The notes under the pieces were generated by a model that was given only the letters and a program-made list of their open reading frames with translations, was not told the DNA's origin and did no database searches. 64,000 bases of DNA from Eledone cirrhosa (lineage: Eukaryota): positions 264,554,001-264,618,000 of the forward strand of contig OZ024740.1 in assembly GCA_964016885.1 (NCBI GenBank), read 5' to 3'. Numbering within the stretch: position 1 is the first letter of the stretch; each line of letters opens with the position of its first letter. Positions 14,010-28,470 of this stretch are shown here, piece by piece. Made by a program: the position numbers and the translations under genes.

Positions 14010-17000
14010 GATATATATATATATATATGTGTAGTGTGTGTGTATGTATGCATATATATGTGTGTGTGCGTATATATACATATATTTTTATTTGTATATT
14101 TATATATGTGCATATGTGTTTGTATATGTATATATATATAATGTGTGTATATGTGTATATATATACGTATATGTATATATAAGTATATATGTATATATAT
14201 ATGTGCGTGTGCATATGCGCGTTCGCGCGTGCGTATGTTTGTGTGCGCGGGTGTCTGCGTGTGAATGTAGCGAAGATAATAAGTCAGCAATGACGTTATG
14301 CAGACAGCTTGTCATACAGACAGATATTATAAGAGCGCGACGGAGATGGATAACCGGCGCCTAACACCCTTTAACAACAGAAAATTGAAAAGAAAAAGCG
14401 GCAGTTAATATCTTTAGACCGCAAGGAATATATAAATGCAAGGTTGAAGTCAATCGGAGTAGAAATATGGATTTGTATGCTTTTTGCAAAAATGAGTTCA
14501 CACAGACAACATCAGTTTTATATATATAGATATACAAAGTCATATAGCCCAAGAGATGTGAAAGTGAAGGAAACAACTAGTCTTGTAAGAGCCATCATTT
14601 TAATAAACATATTAAATTTTCATTACCTTATTATTTGATCACACGCTATTAGAATTGTATACCACGTTTTCTTAGTGGAATTTTAAGATAGTTCAGAAAT
14701 GATATATACTTTACTTCTTCAGGGTTTTTTCTCATCTGAAAATAGTATTATGAATAAAACATTCCGGAAACATGATCAGATCTCCACAAGAAATAATGTA
14801 CGACGGAGTAACTTGTGGTATTGCAGCTGCATCTATTCTTGATATTACCGATCATAGTTTGGCGGATGATGCAAGGTTTTATTGGTGTGATTTAGTTGAA
14901 AGTTGGTAGCAGTCGTGATGAAGTTTTTTTGAATGTTGGTTATACTAATAATAATTTTGATGGTGGGTCTTTGGCTTTAACTTTTATGACGCTTGTGTTG
15001 ATGGTGATGGCAAGTATAGTGAAGAAGGATATCAGAGAGAGGTAAAATACATTTCATAATGGAGTTGTAAATTCCTAAAGATTAATGGTAATAAAGATAT
15101 GATGCTAAATGTGAATGAATATCTATAATGGTCATGTTATTGATGGAGTGATATGAGGTTGGAGTAGGAGGTAGTTCGTGTTGAAAATATCATGGACCAT
15201 AATAACCTGAAAAATGTTAATGACATGGGTGATGATGATGATGATGATGACGAGTGTGATAACTAACGGAAATGATATTGACGATGACAATGGTAATGGT
15301 AACGATTATGACGACAGTGGTGATGGCATGGTGGTGCTGGTTCTGATGTACACAATAGTCATGAAAATATTAACTAAGAAATAAACAATTTGTCGTACGG
15401 AAAAAGGATATTTGTGAATGGATGCGATATATCTAATTATTCTAATAAGATTATTGATATAATCTGAGGCTGCTGAAGGTATATAAGTTGATTTATACGC
15501 CGAAGTGTAAGGGAATCATACCTGAGGTCTTTATGGTGCTCGTAGATAACAATCTCATATGGTCACATTTTCCACCTGCTTGATGACTAAAATAATTGAT
15601 TGCACTGGAAGGTAAAACTGTTTAAATATCTACAGTATTTGGCTATCTTGAATTCCTATCATGCTATACTCATTTAGCTCTTCCCCAAAGAAAGTCAGGC
15701 ACTAACACTTGCGTGAAAAAAAAACGAATTTATTCTTATTCAAGTTATTGGCATATTATGTCGTCGAATATTACTAAATCTATATTAATCATATCTGAAA
15801 CCATTCCTGGTCGAATTATTCTTCCCCTCGATTGAATTCGATAAAACATGTAAAAGTTGCAAGCAATGTCGAAGCTATTACTCTGGACAATATAGCTGAC
15901 TCTTACTAATTCAAAACAGCTCCAGGTATTTTATTCTATTTCTGATATAGAGCCCATTTCACTACGTGTCTCATTTAAGCTAGCTACTGATATTTATCAT
16001 GTCTCTTCATAAAAGAGTTGCGTTCCATAACTATGTGAAACAACTAGAAATACACCAGGTATACCCTTCGGTCGAAAGTAATTTATTAGATTTCTTCAAT
16101 AATATCATCGGTAGTTGCATTTTCATTTAGAAATGAATAGTGCACAATATAGTTTACTGGGAAGTATTCCCGAAGAATTTTTTTTTTAATGATGAAATAC
16201 ATCTCGGTTGATGTTTTAGTGTTATCCTATGGTTTTTATATTCTATGAGGCATAAATTTTATAATCTATTTCGTATTTTGCTTTCTATTTTAAGGAAAAC
16301 GTTGTTTCTACAGCCATAACAAAGTCAGCTACTCTAGATTTCCTGATCAGTGTTAATTTCATTCGAACATACCAATGTTTATAACTTTATATAGTGATGA
16401 ATTGTCACAGTTATTAGAATATCGAGGAGAATGATTTGAGATATTCGTCCCGACTCATTACTGCTTTACGGTTTTTTAGGGGAGATCTAGAACTGCAATA
16501 TCCATTGTATTCCTCTCGTATAAAGACAGTGAATACCGATTAGTGATTTGAATGCTGTTTTTTAACATCTACTGACCAAATAAAGTATCCTTGTTAGGCG
16601 GAACATGTTTATTGTAGTTTGGATTGATCTGATTGGCAAACTGAATATATAGATAGCATTACACAATATTGTAGTAGTGGTTAAATTGTTATAATCGTAA
16701 ATATGGTGACAAAATATTGCATTCGAAAGAACATTTCAGATCAGTATTTATGTATTTAGAGAATATACAACATTGGCACTAAAAGGCATATATGTATATA
16801 TGCCATATTTCTTTTGAATTTGTGACGGGTCATAGTATATATCAGAATTTGTGTGTCGCTGGATGGACTAAATACTAAATACGAATACTTATCCACCGTT
16901 TGTAGCGAGATGTTTAATCTGTTATCGAAAGATTTAATTTTTTAGAATAAAATATATCTGATGTTATAACGTGTGCCAGATATTGTTCATTCGACCCTTG

Positions 17001-19396
17001 AAATTACTGTATAGTAAGGAACGTATACAAATATCGTTATTGTTGACAATGATATATTCCTAGAAACGTTGAGCAGATATGTATTTATTGAAAATATAGA
17101 ATCTTCAACGTATTTTTCTTTTTGCTATGAGAAATAGTCTAACATATTGACCATAAAAGCCCTGTACGGAAGAAATTTGATAGCGTCGCTTGACCACCGA
17201 GCAAATTTGATTCACCAAAACAATAATTAAATCCGCTGATTTCAGAAAGACACCCTTATATTACAGATCAAGGGAGCGATAGAAGGAAATCTGTAGCATT
17301 GTCTTCTTTAGGTCTAGAAAACGATGTCAGTACTAATATAACGCAAGTTGAAACCTACATGCAGAAAAGTTTTCACCCTCTCTTACATCCTTGCCTTTTC
17401 CCTTTTATTCTCATTTATGAAATTTCTAGTTTTTTCCTTTACTTTCCCGTACAGCCAGATCTGCCCTTATTTACCCCTTCCCCCTTTCTTTTCTCTTGAT
17501 TTTATTTTTATCCTTTTTTGTAATATTTTCCATCATTGTATAACTTTTTTGTTTGTAAAATATAGTTGACATAAACATCTTTGTTTGAATAAAAAGAAAA
17601 TGGTAAATGTTGTACTCATTTTTATTAGTTACTGCAAAAACATCAAATATAGTTCACTATATCATAAGCTGTGTCTTTCGCTTGAGAAAGGGGCACTGTT
17701 CATAGCATTTGCAGTCCTTCCGCAATCGCAGTGTTTGTTGATAATGATATTATGTTTAAACTGTTGCAGGTCCAAACATTTCGAAAAGATATAAGCAAGG
17801 AATTCCTGAGAGATGATGTTCTACGGGATGAGAGGAAGATAGGATTCGGGAAGAGTCAAATGAAACTGAGAAAATGCGAGCTGTGACTAGAACGTTGTGT
17901 GGAGTAGAGGCCACATTGGTAGCAGTAAAATAAGCAAAGAAAGAGAAAATATAAATGTATTTCTGAAACGGGCGAATATCAATGATTGACTCAAAATGAT
18001 TAGCAAATTGTCATTTGTTGGATGATGTCAAGGACATGAATTTAATCAAGGGTAGTACCCAGATGTGAGAAGAGTATTTCTATCTCATACACAATGTGAT
18101 CATTGTAGATGGTTGATTAAGGGATTTTCTGGTACTGAAATGAAGATTGTTCCTTAGATTTCAGTGCTCACCATGTTGATAATATGAGTTCCCTACGGGA
18201 AATACTCGGTGATTCTCGGTGTAATATTTAGAGAGATAGATATAGCTCTTGCCGACCTCTATGGAGGGTGTGGTGTGATGATATTTTCTTGATTAGCATG
18301 TTTGTTGTTGAAAGACAGGAAATTATCATAGCCTCATTTGATGATATTTTTGAGGTCTCAGAGTACATGTAACCTGGAAAGGTGGTATCATCTGTGTAAA
18401 AATAACCAGATCTCCCATGTAGATAACAAAGTATAAAAGGAAAAACAAAAAACATGGGTGTTGTACAGGAAAACCACACCCCGACTTGGAATTCTGTAAT
18501 CGCCATTGTGCATTTAACAAAAATCAATTTCGTTTGAGAATGGAATCTATATGCAAATTTAAGTTTTAAATTTACAAAGAATCAGAATGAACTTGCCTGA
18601 CCCTTATAGATTTCGTAAAGGCGGTGCGAAATGATATCAAGAAGAATGCGAAAGCGTCCAGTGCAAATCAGTCTCAAAGAATTTATTTTCTCATCTCAGC
18701 ATCCGACCTTTCCTTAGAATTTTTTTTATTTCTATGGAATTCTGTTTTGCTATTAAATACCATGCTTAGTACTCAACTGATATGATATTTTATGAATAAT
18801 TTGATTATTTATCCTTCCAAGATCAATGTTGTTTTTTAACTTATTAGGTAGAATATCATTTTGTGCTCAAATAGATTTTTATTAATATGGCATAAAATGT
18901 GACTTTCACTGAAAAGATTTTTTTTTCTCTTTTCTTATTTTGGATCATTGCAAAGAAGAGCTCCAAGTAACATTGCAGCTTCATATGAGGCACAAAATAT
19001 TGACGCTTCTTACAGAATATTTCTATATATTCTTTTGCTCACAGACACCCATCCTTATTAAGTTTAATATAAACACAACATTTATGGGAAACTAGGGAAG
19101 AAAGCTCAAATATTCTTCAAGAGAAACAGAAAATTGTGATTGCCTCCCAGATACGATGCTTTACTTAGTACTTAGATAATGAGTTTTGCAAAGAGATGTG
19201 TGCAATTTTTATATAAGTGAATTGAAATGCAGCTTCAAGCTAAAGTATTGTTCAGGTTTTATAAAAATAGTGCTCGCTAACAATGAAAATAATCATACAA
19301 ACTGTACGCAGGTGTACAAATACACTCACACAAAAACGTATACACCATATATACATATATATATATAATTATTATTATTATTATTATTATTATTTA

Positions 19397-19463
19397 CCTG
19401 TAATGCACTGGCATAATTGCTGGCCTTGTGCCAAAAGTAGAAACAATTATTATTATTATTATT
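19397..19463 (+). mobile_element. SINE family A 3' fragment with (ATT)n tail
   Basis: ATAATTGCTGGCCTTGTGCCAAAAGTAGAAACAATTATT matches the 3' ends at 8066 and 60195. Confidence 0.8.
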
Positions 19464-19470
19464 ATAATTT

Positions 19471-22400
19471 GCTGTCAGAGTGTGAAGACGTGTTATTGTG
19501 AGCTCCGATAGATTTGTTGAATTAAGTTGTTTAAATTTGTATTTCATTGTAATAATTTGTTGCAAAAGGATTATATGGCACCCGTCTTTGTTCTGTGAAG
19601 GGGAGACATTATAATATTTGAGCCTTTTGGCTCAGATATTTCAGCTTTGTATATTTTTTGGCATATCTAAAAAAATGTTAATGGATGAGACACGTCACCA
19701 ATACTAAGTCTGTGATAGCGTCTTCAAATTCAAGAGAAGGTACACAATGACACTCACAATTACGGACCAAGAAAAGTAATTACAAACACAACATGCAAAA
19801 ACGAATTTAGCAATACTACCAAAAAAAACAACATGGTCAACGACAGCAATAGCAGCAATAGCGAAACAAATAAAGAGAACAACGACAACAACCCCCAAGA
19901 GGAACAACGAAGTTAAAAGCAGCAACACCAACTGCAACAGCAAAAGCAACAACAACAACAGCTGTACCAAGAACAATTCCAGCTGTAATAGCGACAACAG
20001 CAACAACACCAAGAACAACGACAACACCAACAACATAATCACCAACAACAATGTGACTAGTAACAGAAGTGGCAACAGCAACATGGACAACGAGGACACT
20101 CGCTGCTTCAGCAGCCAAAATGAGGTCATGCTTCACCATGGACCTCAGTGAAAAAAATAAATACTTTGTCCAGGTCTGGAGGCTCATCAAACAAGAGCAA
20201 ACCTGGGCCACTTAACTATCCCGGCTAAAGCCATAGGAGTGGTGGAGAGGAGAACGGTGCACTCTAGATGCATTTCAGCACTGACAAAATAAGCGGCAAT
20301 CATTCCACAATTCGAAATTGAAGCTGCGCTGAAGTGCATCAGAGACGACACCGAGTACATATCGAGGGGCAGACGATATGGCACCATCTCGGTGCTGTTT
20401 AAGTCAGAACGCATCTATGGGTAGCACACGGTGACACTTGAAAAACCAGAAAGATTATGCCACCCTCCCACAAGACGTGATGGCTCCGTGGTTGTGAAAG
20501 GAATACATGCTGTCCAGTTCGAGGTGACGAGAACAGCAAGAGTTGTGACCTGGAGATACTTCTCCAGTTGAAGCTGGAAGACCTGAGAAAATTCCTGCAC
20601 CTCATCCTTCTCCGAAACGGGATGGTTCTGCACGTAATGACCGGGGCAGAAGGCTGCAATGTTTTGACTGTAGTAAAACAACACGTTTGTGATCCTTCTG
20701 CCCTCAACAGGAAAGTTCAAGGGTTCATAATCCTCCACTGCTGCTGATACCGGGAGATTGGGGGGGGGGGGAGATCACCAACACCAATACCAGCAATACC
20801 AGCGGAAATGCCACTACTAAGTGTAGCCACCCAAGGGGAAAACGAGGAAAGCTCTCCCATTCTCCATCACCCCAAATACACACATTGGCACAAAACAAAC
20901 ACACACATTCATATACACATTTACGAACAGAGAGCCCTCGTGTCTATGTTTTGCCTCGTCTTCCAGCAGCGAAATCGAGGCAAAACATAAATTAAAAAAA
21001 CAAAAACAAATAAGAAAACAGAAAAAAACTCCACACATCACAAAAACGTCCACAACAGATAGTGAAGATACCACAACCCACAATAAACTCAAACACTTCC
21101 TGAACGCCACCACAACCACCATCACCACAATCCCCCAAAATGCAAACAACCAAAACAAACACAGGAGAATAAAGGAACACACAAACAACTGAAATTGCAG
21201 ACACCATACCCATAAAAAATAACGGTTGCTTTTACAGGCAAAAGGCCAGCAATTAGGGGGGAGGGTAAAGTCAATTAAATCGACCCCAGTGCGTGACTGG
21301 TACTTTATGTTATCGACCCCGTTAGGATGAAAGGCAAAGTTAACCTCGGCTGGATTTGAACTCAGATCATAAAGGGCCGTAACTCTATGCTGCAAAGCAT
21401 GGCATCCGACCTTCTACCAATACGGAGACACATCCAAACACAAACAAGTAAAACCACAACAACTTAGCACTCAAAACTTCGTTCATGTAAGAAGGGTCAA
21501 CGAGAAATTGATGGCTTTCATAGTATGAAGTCAAGAAATCCAGAAAGAAGGGAAATGTTCGGAACGACCTATTTTGCGTGTCAGAAGATTTGTCTCTGGT
21601 ACGAATGTCGCTTCACTCCTACAAAGAGCTGAGAGAGAGATTTCTTCGAGACGTAGAACCCCAATATAAGAACAACAAACAGACTGGTTAAGGAGTTCCC
21701 AAAGGAAACTCAACAAAATATGGAGATCAAACCACCCGACATCGAGAAGTCTCCGGGGGGTATGTAAACCTTTCCTTCCTCTCCTTTAACATGCGAACAT
21801 GATAAATCTAAGAGGAGAATGTTTAATGTCCATGGCCTGCTCAACAAATCTTCCGAGACCCGGACAGTAAGTTGGTAGTCCTGGACATGAGCAATAGTGA
21901 AGGTAGAGCCTTCAGACTGGTGGCTCTCTCCGACCTGCTGGACATCTTCAGGCTCCTGGAAGCTGTTCTGGGGACGTCTCGCCCTTTACTGTTTGTGGGG
22001 GAGTGTGTGGGTGTAGTTGATAGTACCAAAGGGGAGCAAAAGCCACAAGTACCAGATCAGCCAGTTCCACCTGCCTGACAGGTACCGACAAGATTTCCCT
22101 AACGTGCCAGTGTAGAGCTGGACAAACCACTTAGGGTCAACTTGATTGTATATAGATAGGTTTTTCCTTTGATCAATAGACAAGAATAGTATAGGATGTC
22201 CACACTCACAAACGGTCGCCTATTCAAATGACAAGTTTATGATCTGTATTGTCGACCTAGATAAACCACGTAGGTTAGGAACTGGTTACTGGAAGCTGAA
22301 CAAGTCATTTGCAGCACGCAAGGCTTACAGAGACAAGGTCAACAATTTAGTTAAGCGGAAGTTGATAGCGGGATCGTGAACAACAGGTAGATCAGGTTAT

Positions 22401-23070
22401 TTGTAGTGGAAATGCAACTGACGTGCTAGTGGTTTGAATGGCATTAGATCATTTCCTCATTACAGATCACGAATGTTGTATTGTCAGAGGTAAACACGTG
22501 CTCTGAGAAACGAAAGAACCAACGCTGTTCGATGGGCCCTCGTGGCGGAAGTGCCGCATGGTAACAAAACCACAAATCAGTCTTTGATGGACTGAGACGA
22601 ACGTGAGCTGAAAGATTCCAGGCAGAACTGTGAGGCCTTTTACCAATAATTTTCCCAACCGTTCGGTGGAAGCGGAGAATCGGAAACGGTGGCAGATTTT
22701 AGTCCTTACCTCAATGTACTACCACGTCATCCCACCAGCCGATGGTGGGCACTGCGAAAGACCGATAACATCAGCCGGGATTCGGGATGCACTGTTAAAC
22801 ACAGAGTTCAAAATTTTAGTCATGGTGTAGGCAAACTTGTCGCGGAGGATTTATTCGGAGGCCAACACATTTCTGCAATCCCGATCAGATCCATGCAGGA
22901 CACTTCACCTTATGCTATACATCATAGAGAGGGTAGAGTGCAAACCTGGCTTCAGTGGGTCTCTGGAGAATTTAGATCAATCGAAAGTTTTCGATAGGGT
23001 CGACCATCGATATCGGAAGCTGTCCTCAAGGGAACTGGTTTTGATTCCATCTTCAGAGGCTGGATCGCTA
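19471..23070 (+). mobile_element. Tx1/L1-clade LINE, copy 2, decayed and internally deleted
   Basis: 5' GTGAGCTCCG at 19498. ORF1 remnant ISRGRRYGTISVLF (compare IRRGQKYGTVDVFF in copy 1). ORF2 remnants from ~21799: LVVLD, AFRLVA, LGTSRPL, YWKLN, LLNTEFKIL, NLDQSKVFDRVDH. Confidence 0.85.
21229..21422 (-). mobile_element. tRNA-derived SINE (family A) nested in Tx1 copy 2
   Basis: GGATGAAAGGCAAAGTTAACCTCGG...GATTTGAACTCAGATCATAAAGGG, near-identical to 8145-8196. Confidence 0.85.
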
Positions 23071-23308
23071 CTATTGTGTTATTATTTTTTCGAGCATGGA
23101 AGCCTACACGAATGTGATGTCCCAATGCCGACTCTGCAATATGTAATTACTCCATTATTCTGCAATATAATAAAATGGTGCTTAACAGCAAAATCTAGAT
23201 TCTCTGTACGCATATATTTATATTTATATATATATATACATATATATATATGGAAGGGTGGGGGTGTATGTAAATATGTATACATGTATATATATATATA
23301 TATATATT

Positions 23309-23545
23309 TATTTATTAAAATAACAGATTAAAGTTTAAGCAAAGAATCGGTGCTTTCACCCTTAACGGTATCTTCTGAGTTTCAGAAGATCCCGTTAAGA
23401 GTGAAAGCAGCGATTCTTTGCTTAAACGTTAATCTGTTATTTCAATAAATATTTACTATACGGTTCTTAAACATCTGATATATATTTATCCTTATCGTGC
23501 CCACTTTGGATTTTAGTCTTCAAATTTATTATTATTACTATATAT
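23309..23545. repeat. Head-to-head fusion of two module X copies forming a ~143-bp hairpin (23309-23451)
   Basis: Arms 23309-23378 and 23382-23451 are reverse complements with about 5 mismatches. The extension to 23545 matches the reverse complement of 48513-48600. Confidence 0.85.
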
Positions 23546-23977
23546 ACGTATATATATATATAACTTTGATAGGTTTCGGCCAGTATTGGCCCAAGCCATG
23601 TCTAACGTAATAGCACCACCACCAGACAGGACCGCCGGCTCAATGTCTTCCATATTTGGAGCCTGAGACACGTTTGGGTTATCAATTGGATTGATTGAGT
23701 CACCAACGATGAAGTCCTCAACGCCGCCAATATATATATATATATATATATAAATATAATAGAAAATGGTTAATAAGATGATTAGAAGAGTTCCATGTAC
23801 TTTATTATGCGCATTTCAAAAACAATAAACTCCCCTCCTACATATATAAATATATATATATATATATAATTGTCTAATTTATATATATATATATAAATTA
23901 GACAATTATCAAAGTTGTATTCAAATCATTTAATGGCTGACAATCGTTTCTTCCAACTCTCGTTTATACTATAATCC

Positions 23978-24101
<124 letters not shown>

Positions 24102-24112
24102 TATATATAATA

Positions 24113-27100
24113 TATAATTAAAGAAAGAAGAGTTATATGGTTGGCTGTACAATAAGGGCTTTATTCACATTCCTGAAAATTGTTTCGTTGATCTGGTGGG
24201 TCTAGAGTTCGGTAATCACTTGATGCGATCTCCAATCGTCAATCGATCTCCCATACTTTGTTTACAACCAGTCAATACATCAGAGCAAGTGGGTATGAGA
24301 ATAATACGGAAGGCATGGCTTTTATAGAAGAGTGGTGCTAGACCAAAACAATAACATCAGTAACAAAATATCTAGATAGTGAATAATTAAAACAATAACA
24401 TCAATAAAAATAAAAAATAGAACATAATAATAAAACACGCATGGTAAATAAACAGAGATGATACGGATGTTTGAAGTGACATGCGAAAGATACCATAGGG
24501 TACATTAAAAGTAGTAGTAGTACTAAGGGAATGAATTAACGTAGACAAAGGGATAAATAATAAAATGTACTTAGAGTCAGATTTTAGGATCACCACTTTA
24601 AGTGCAATTATGAGAGATTTAGATACAAATGAGCTGTGGGTCAGAAGCAAGAACAACAATAAAACGGAGATTGATTTATGGTTTGACAGATACATGCTTG
24701 TAGTAGGTTTTTTCTCCTGTTGTATTAACATAGTGAGATTGGTGGAGGGAGTGTATAGAGATTTATGGTTCTATGGTGGCTGGTATTAAGTGTAATTGCG
24801 GATTCAGTATGTTAAGGTTTAGGTGGTGTTTTTCTAATTTTTGGGGATTTCTAGTTCGAATCATGGGGGTTCCATTTTTGCAACATCTATAACAAAATAG
24901 CGTAAAATTAAAACAATCACCTCAATAATAAAACATGCATGGTAAATAGATAGAGAACATGGCGAATAAAATCAAGGATAGATTATATTGAAATGATGAT
25001 AATAATAATATGAAGAAGAAAATAAGAGTTTCAAAGGAGTGTAAAAGTAATAAGATCATGTATTTAGAATTAAATTCATCTGTAAGAGTTTATTGGGGCT
25101 AGTATGAGATATGTAGATATAATTGTGTGGTCTGAAAGAAGGAACAACAGTAAGGACGATATTGATTTATGGGCTGACAAGATAATTGATAAATGTTTGT
25201 AGTAGACATTGTTGCCCTATCTTGATGGTATTGATGGAGGTAGGCTGGAAGATGTTTACAGAATATTATGGTTCTGAAGTAGCTGTGCGAGAATGCGCAT
25301 TTCATACGTTAAAGTCTAAGTGGATTTCTATTAATTTGGGGAATGCTGGTTCGAATCACGGTGGTTTAAATTTCGTAAATCTAGTAGCAATCTTATGTCT
25401 GCAGAAAATGGACCTTTCTATTTTGCTGTTAAGCAACATATTATCGTACCTTAAGATATGAAGCAATTTCAAGTTGCGGACCTCGCAATGGGAGATACCG
25501 CTACTATAGGCCTTTGCGGCCGCTAATTCCGACCAGCTAATATTGTATTCAAGGTTTTTGTCCTTAAGCTGCCATATTTTATTGGCGAGGGTTGTAGAAT
25601 TCACCAGTGCACGGTACCTCATGGAGTGTCTGTGGACATACCACCTTTTTTTTAATTCCCCCGCTGTAGATCCTATGTAGTGCCAGGTGGAATTGCCTGA
25701 ATTTACAGTACACATGTACACCAAGCTAGAATCAAGGCATCTATTCTCTAATGGGCACTTATCTAGTAGGTGGCAATTGCAGTTTGAGGTATTATTCCGT
25801 GCAGCTTCCTCACAGCGGTTTTGTAAGTTGTGATTTGTGGGTTGCGATTTAGGCCTATTGAAGTTTTACTGTGGTGTGTTCAGATGCGTTTGTGGTTGTG
25901 ATGCTGTTATGTGTTTGTGTTTTGTATTTGGTGCCATGGTGCGATATTTTTGTGGTTGATCTTACGTATGTGCGATTCTATGTTGGCTGCATAGAGTATG
26001 ACAGTTTTATAGTTTTTCTATTGAAGAAGTTATGGTATCTATGTAATGTAGGGAAGTGTTTATCTATTAGTTTAAAAAACGTAGAAGGTAGTTTAGTTCT
26101 TATAGAGGAGTTGAAAATCGGATTGAACCATAGGTACTTTCTTTATCTAGTTCTTCTATAGTGTTGAGGGTTTCTATTATTAGTACTCTATTCTCCTATT
26201 ATTGGTGTTAGTTGACTAGTTATTTGCCTAGTCCTATGTTTTTTTTTATTTGTGTATGAGCAGGTAGTGTCGGTGTTATCGGGTTTGTTGATGTTGTCCC
26301 TATCTGTTATGAACTGCATCTTTTCCTTGTGTCCAGCCTTATGTAATGCTGCGTTATAATAATTAGCATGTTCATTAAAAAATTCCAGGTTTGAGGATAG
26401 GTGGGATATTCTGAGGGATATTATGTGCTATGGAGTTAATTATCGATCGGAGGTTGTAATTAATGTAGGCTAGATTTTCATTATTTTTATGGAAGGGTTC
26501 TATTAATACTGTGTTTAGGTTTAGAGTTACATCTAAAAAATTAGCTTTTTTAAAATTAAGTTCGAAAGTGATATCTAGGCCTAGTTTTTAAGAATATTCT
26601 AATGTTTTTTCGTAATCTTTCCATGTTCTGATTATTTAAGTTTTTAGCTAAAAGGAGCGTATCATCTCTATAAATTCCTCCTTGGAGGTTATTGAATTCT
26701 TTATGTAAGTTGTGTGCTATAAATATCCCCACAACGTCCCTTATTTGCGCTGAGTCGTTCGATCCCATTGTGATATCGAATATATTATTCCTATTCTTTT
26801 CTTTCCCAGTAGCTATTTTCAAATTTTATGATAGTCCTTCTAGCAGCTAGTATTATTTTAATTTCGTCTGAGGTAAAGTGGGAGTTATTTTGGGCAAAGG
26901 TTAGCGCTTTATATAGGTTGAGTGGGGAAATGGAAGCGTAGTAGTCATTTATGTCGAATTTTATGAAGTTGTATGTTTCTCTGTTTCTTATTTTACTGAA
27001 CCATTCTATTGCCTCGTTAGTGTTATCCCATAAGTTGATTACTAGTTTTCGCTTAATTTGTGCGATTACCCTATATCATACTACATATCTCATACGAGCA

Positions 27101-28198
27101 CTCATGAACTCTTACAGATGAATTTAATTCTAAATACATTATCTTATTACTTTTACACTCCTTTGAAACTCTTAATTTCTTCTTATTATTATTATCATTT
27201 CAATGTAGTCTATCCATGATCTCTATCTATTTACCATGCATTTATTATTGATGTTATTGTTTTCATTATATGCTATTTTGTTATTGATGTTGCGAATATT
27301 AAACCACCATGATTCGAAATAGCAATCCCAAAATTTAAAATAAACCACCTAAACCTTAACATACTGAATCCGCAATTACACTTAACACCAGCCACCATAG
27401 AACCATAAATCTCTATACACTCCCTCCACCAATCTCACTATGTTAATACAACAGGAGTAAAAACCTACTACAAGCATTTATCTGTCAAACCATAAATCAA
27501 TCTCCGTTTTATTGTTGTTCTTGCTTCTGACCCACAGCTCATTTGTATCTAAATCTCTCATAATTGCACTTAAAGTGGTGATCCTAAAATTTGACTCTAA
27601 GTACATTTTATTATTTATCCCTTTATCTACGTTAATTCATTCCCTTAGTACTACTACTACTTTTAATGTACCCTATGGTATCTTTCGCATGTCACTTCAA
27701 ACATCCATATCATCTCTGTTTATTTACAATGCGTGTTTTATTATTATGTTCTATTTTTATTATTATTAATGTTATTGTTTTAATTATTCACTATCTAGAT
27801 ATGTTGTTACTGATGCTATTGTTTTGGTTTAGCACCACACTTCTATAAAAGCCATGCCTTGCATATGATTTTCATATCCACTTGCTCTGATGTATTGACT
27901 AGTTGTAAACAAAGTTTTGGAGGTCGATTGACGCAGCATCAAGCGATTAGCTAACTCTAGACCCACCAGATCAACGAAACAATTGTTAGCACTGTGAATA
28001 AAGCTCTTATTGTACAGCCAACCACGTTACTCTTCTTTCTTTAATTATTATTACTCCAAGTATAACCTGCATAGAAATTACCGCAAACTCGCTACATCAC
28101 TATGGAAGCGTCTTGTTGAGTCAAACTAAGCCACACATTAAAACCACCACAACACAGAGAACTCTAACTGGAGATTACCTGTAACGATAACTTGTTAT

Positions 28199-28200
<2 letters not shown>
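24113..28200 (-). mobile_element. Penelope-like element (Naiad-like), 5'-truncated, with ~1-kb inverted terminal copy
   Basis: RT remnant FDITMGSNDSAQIRDVVG...GGIYRDD (26556-26822), CNC..CP...C linker, GIY-YIG VYMC...YIGST (25356-25724). 24113-25117 is inverted at 27079-28050. Both ends abut (TA)n. Confidence 0.88.
25356..25724 (-). pseudogene. GIY-YIG endonuclease domain of the PLE
   Basis: VYMCTV...YIGSTAGELKKRWYVHRHS...LANKIWQLK. Confidence 0.85.
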
Positions 28201-28284
<84 letters not shown>

Positions 28285-28289
<5 letters not shown>

Positions 28290-28470
28290 TTATTTATTAA
28301 AATAACAGATTAAAGTTTAACCAAAGATTCATTGCCCTCAACCTTAACGGGATCTTCTGAAACTAAAAAAATCAATCTGTGAACGTAGAGGTAAATATTT
28401 CGGAAAACGTTGCAACCGAGGGAAAACAGGAAGACGGTACTTTGGTTCGTGAAGACGTTCCCTGGCAATA
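28285..28470 (-). repeat. PLE terminal-repeat module X
   Basis: Homologous to 48600-48790. Confidence 0.8.
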
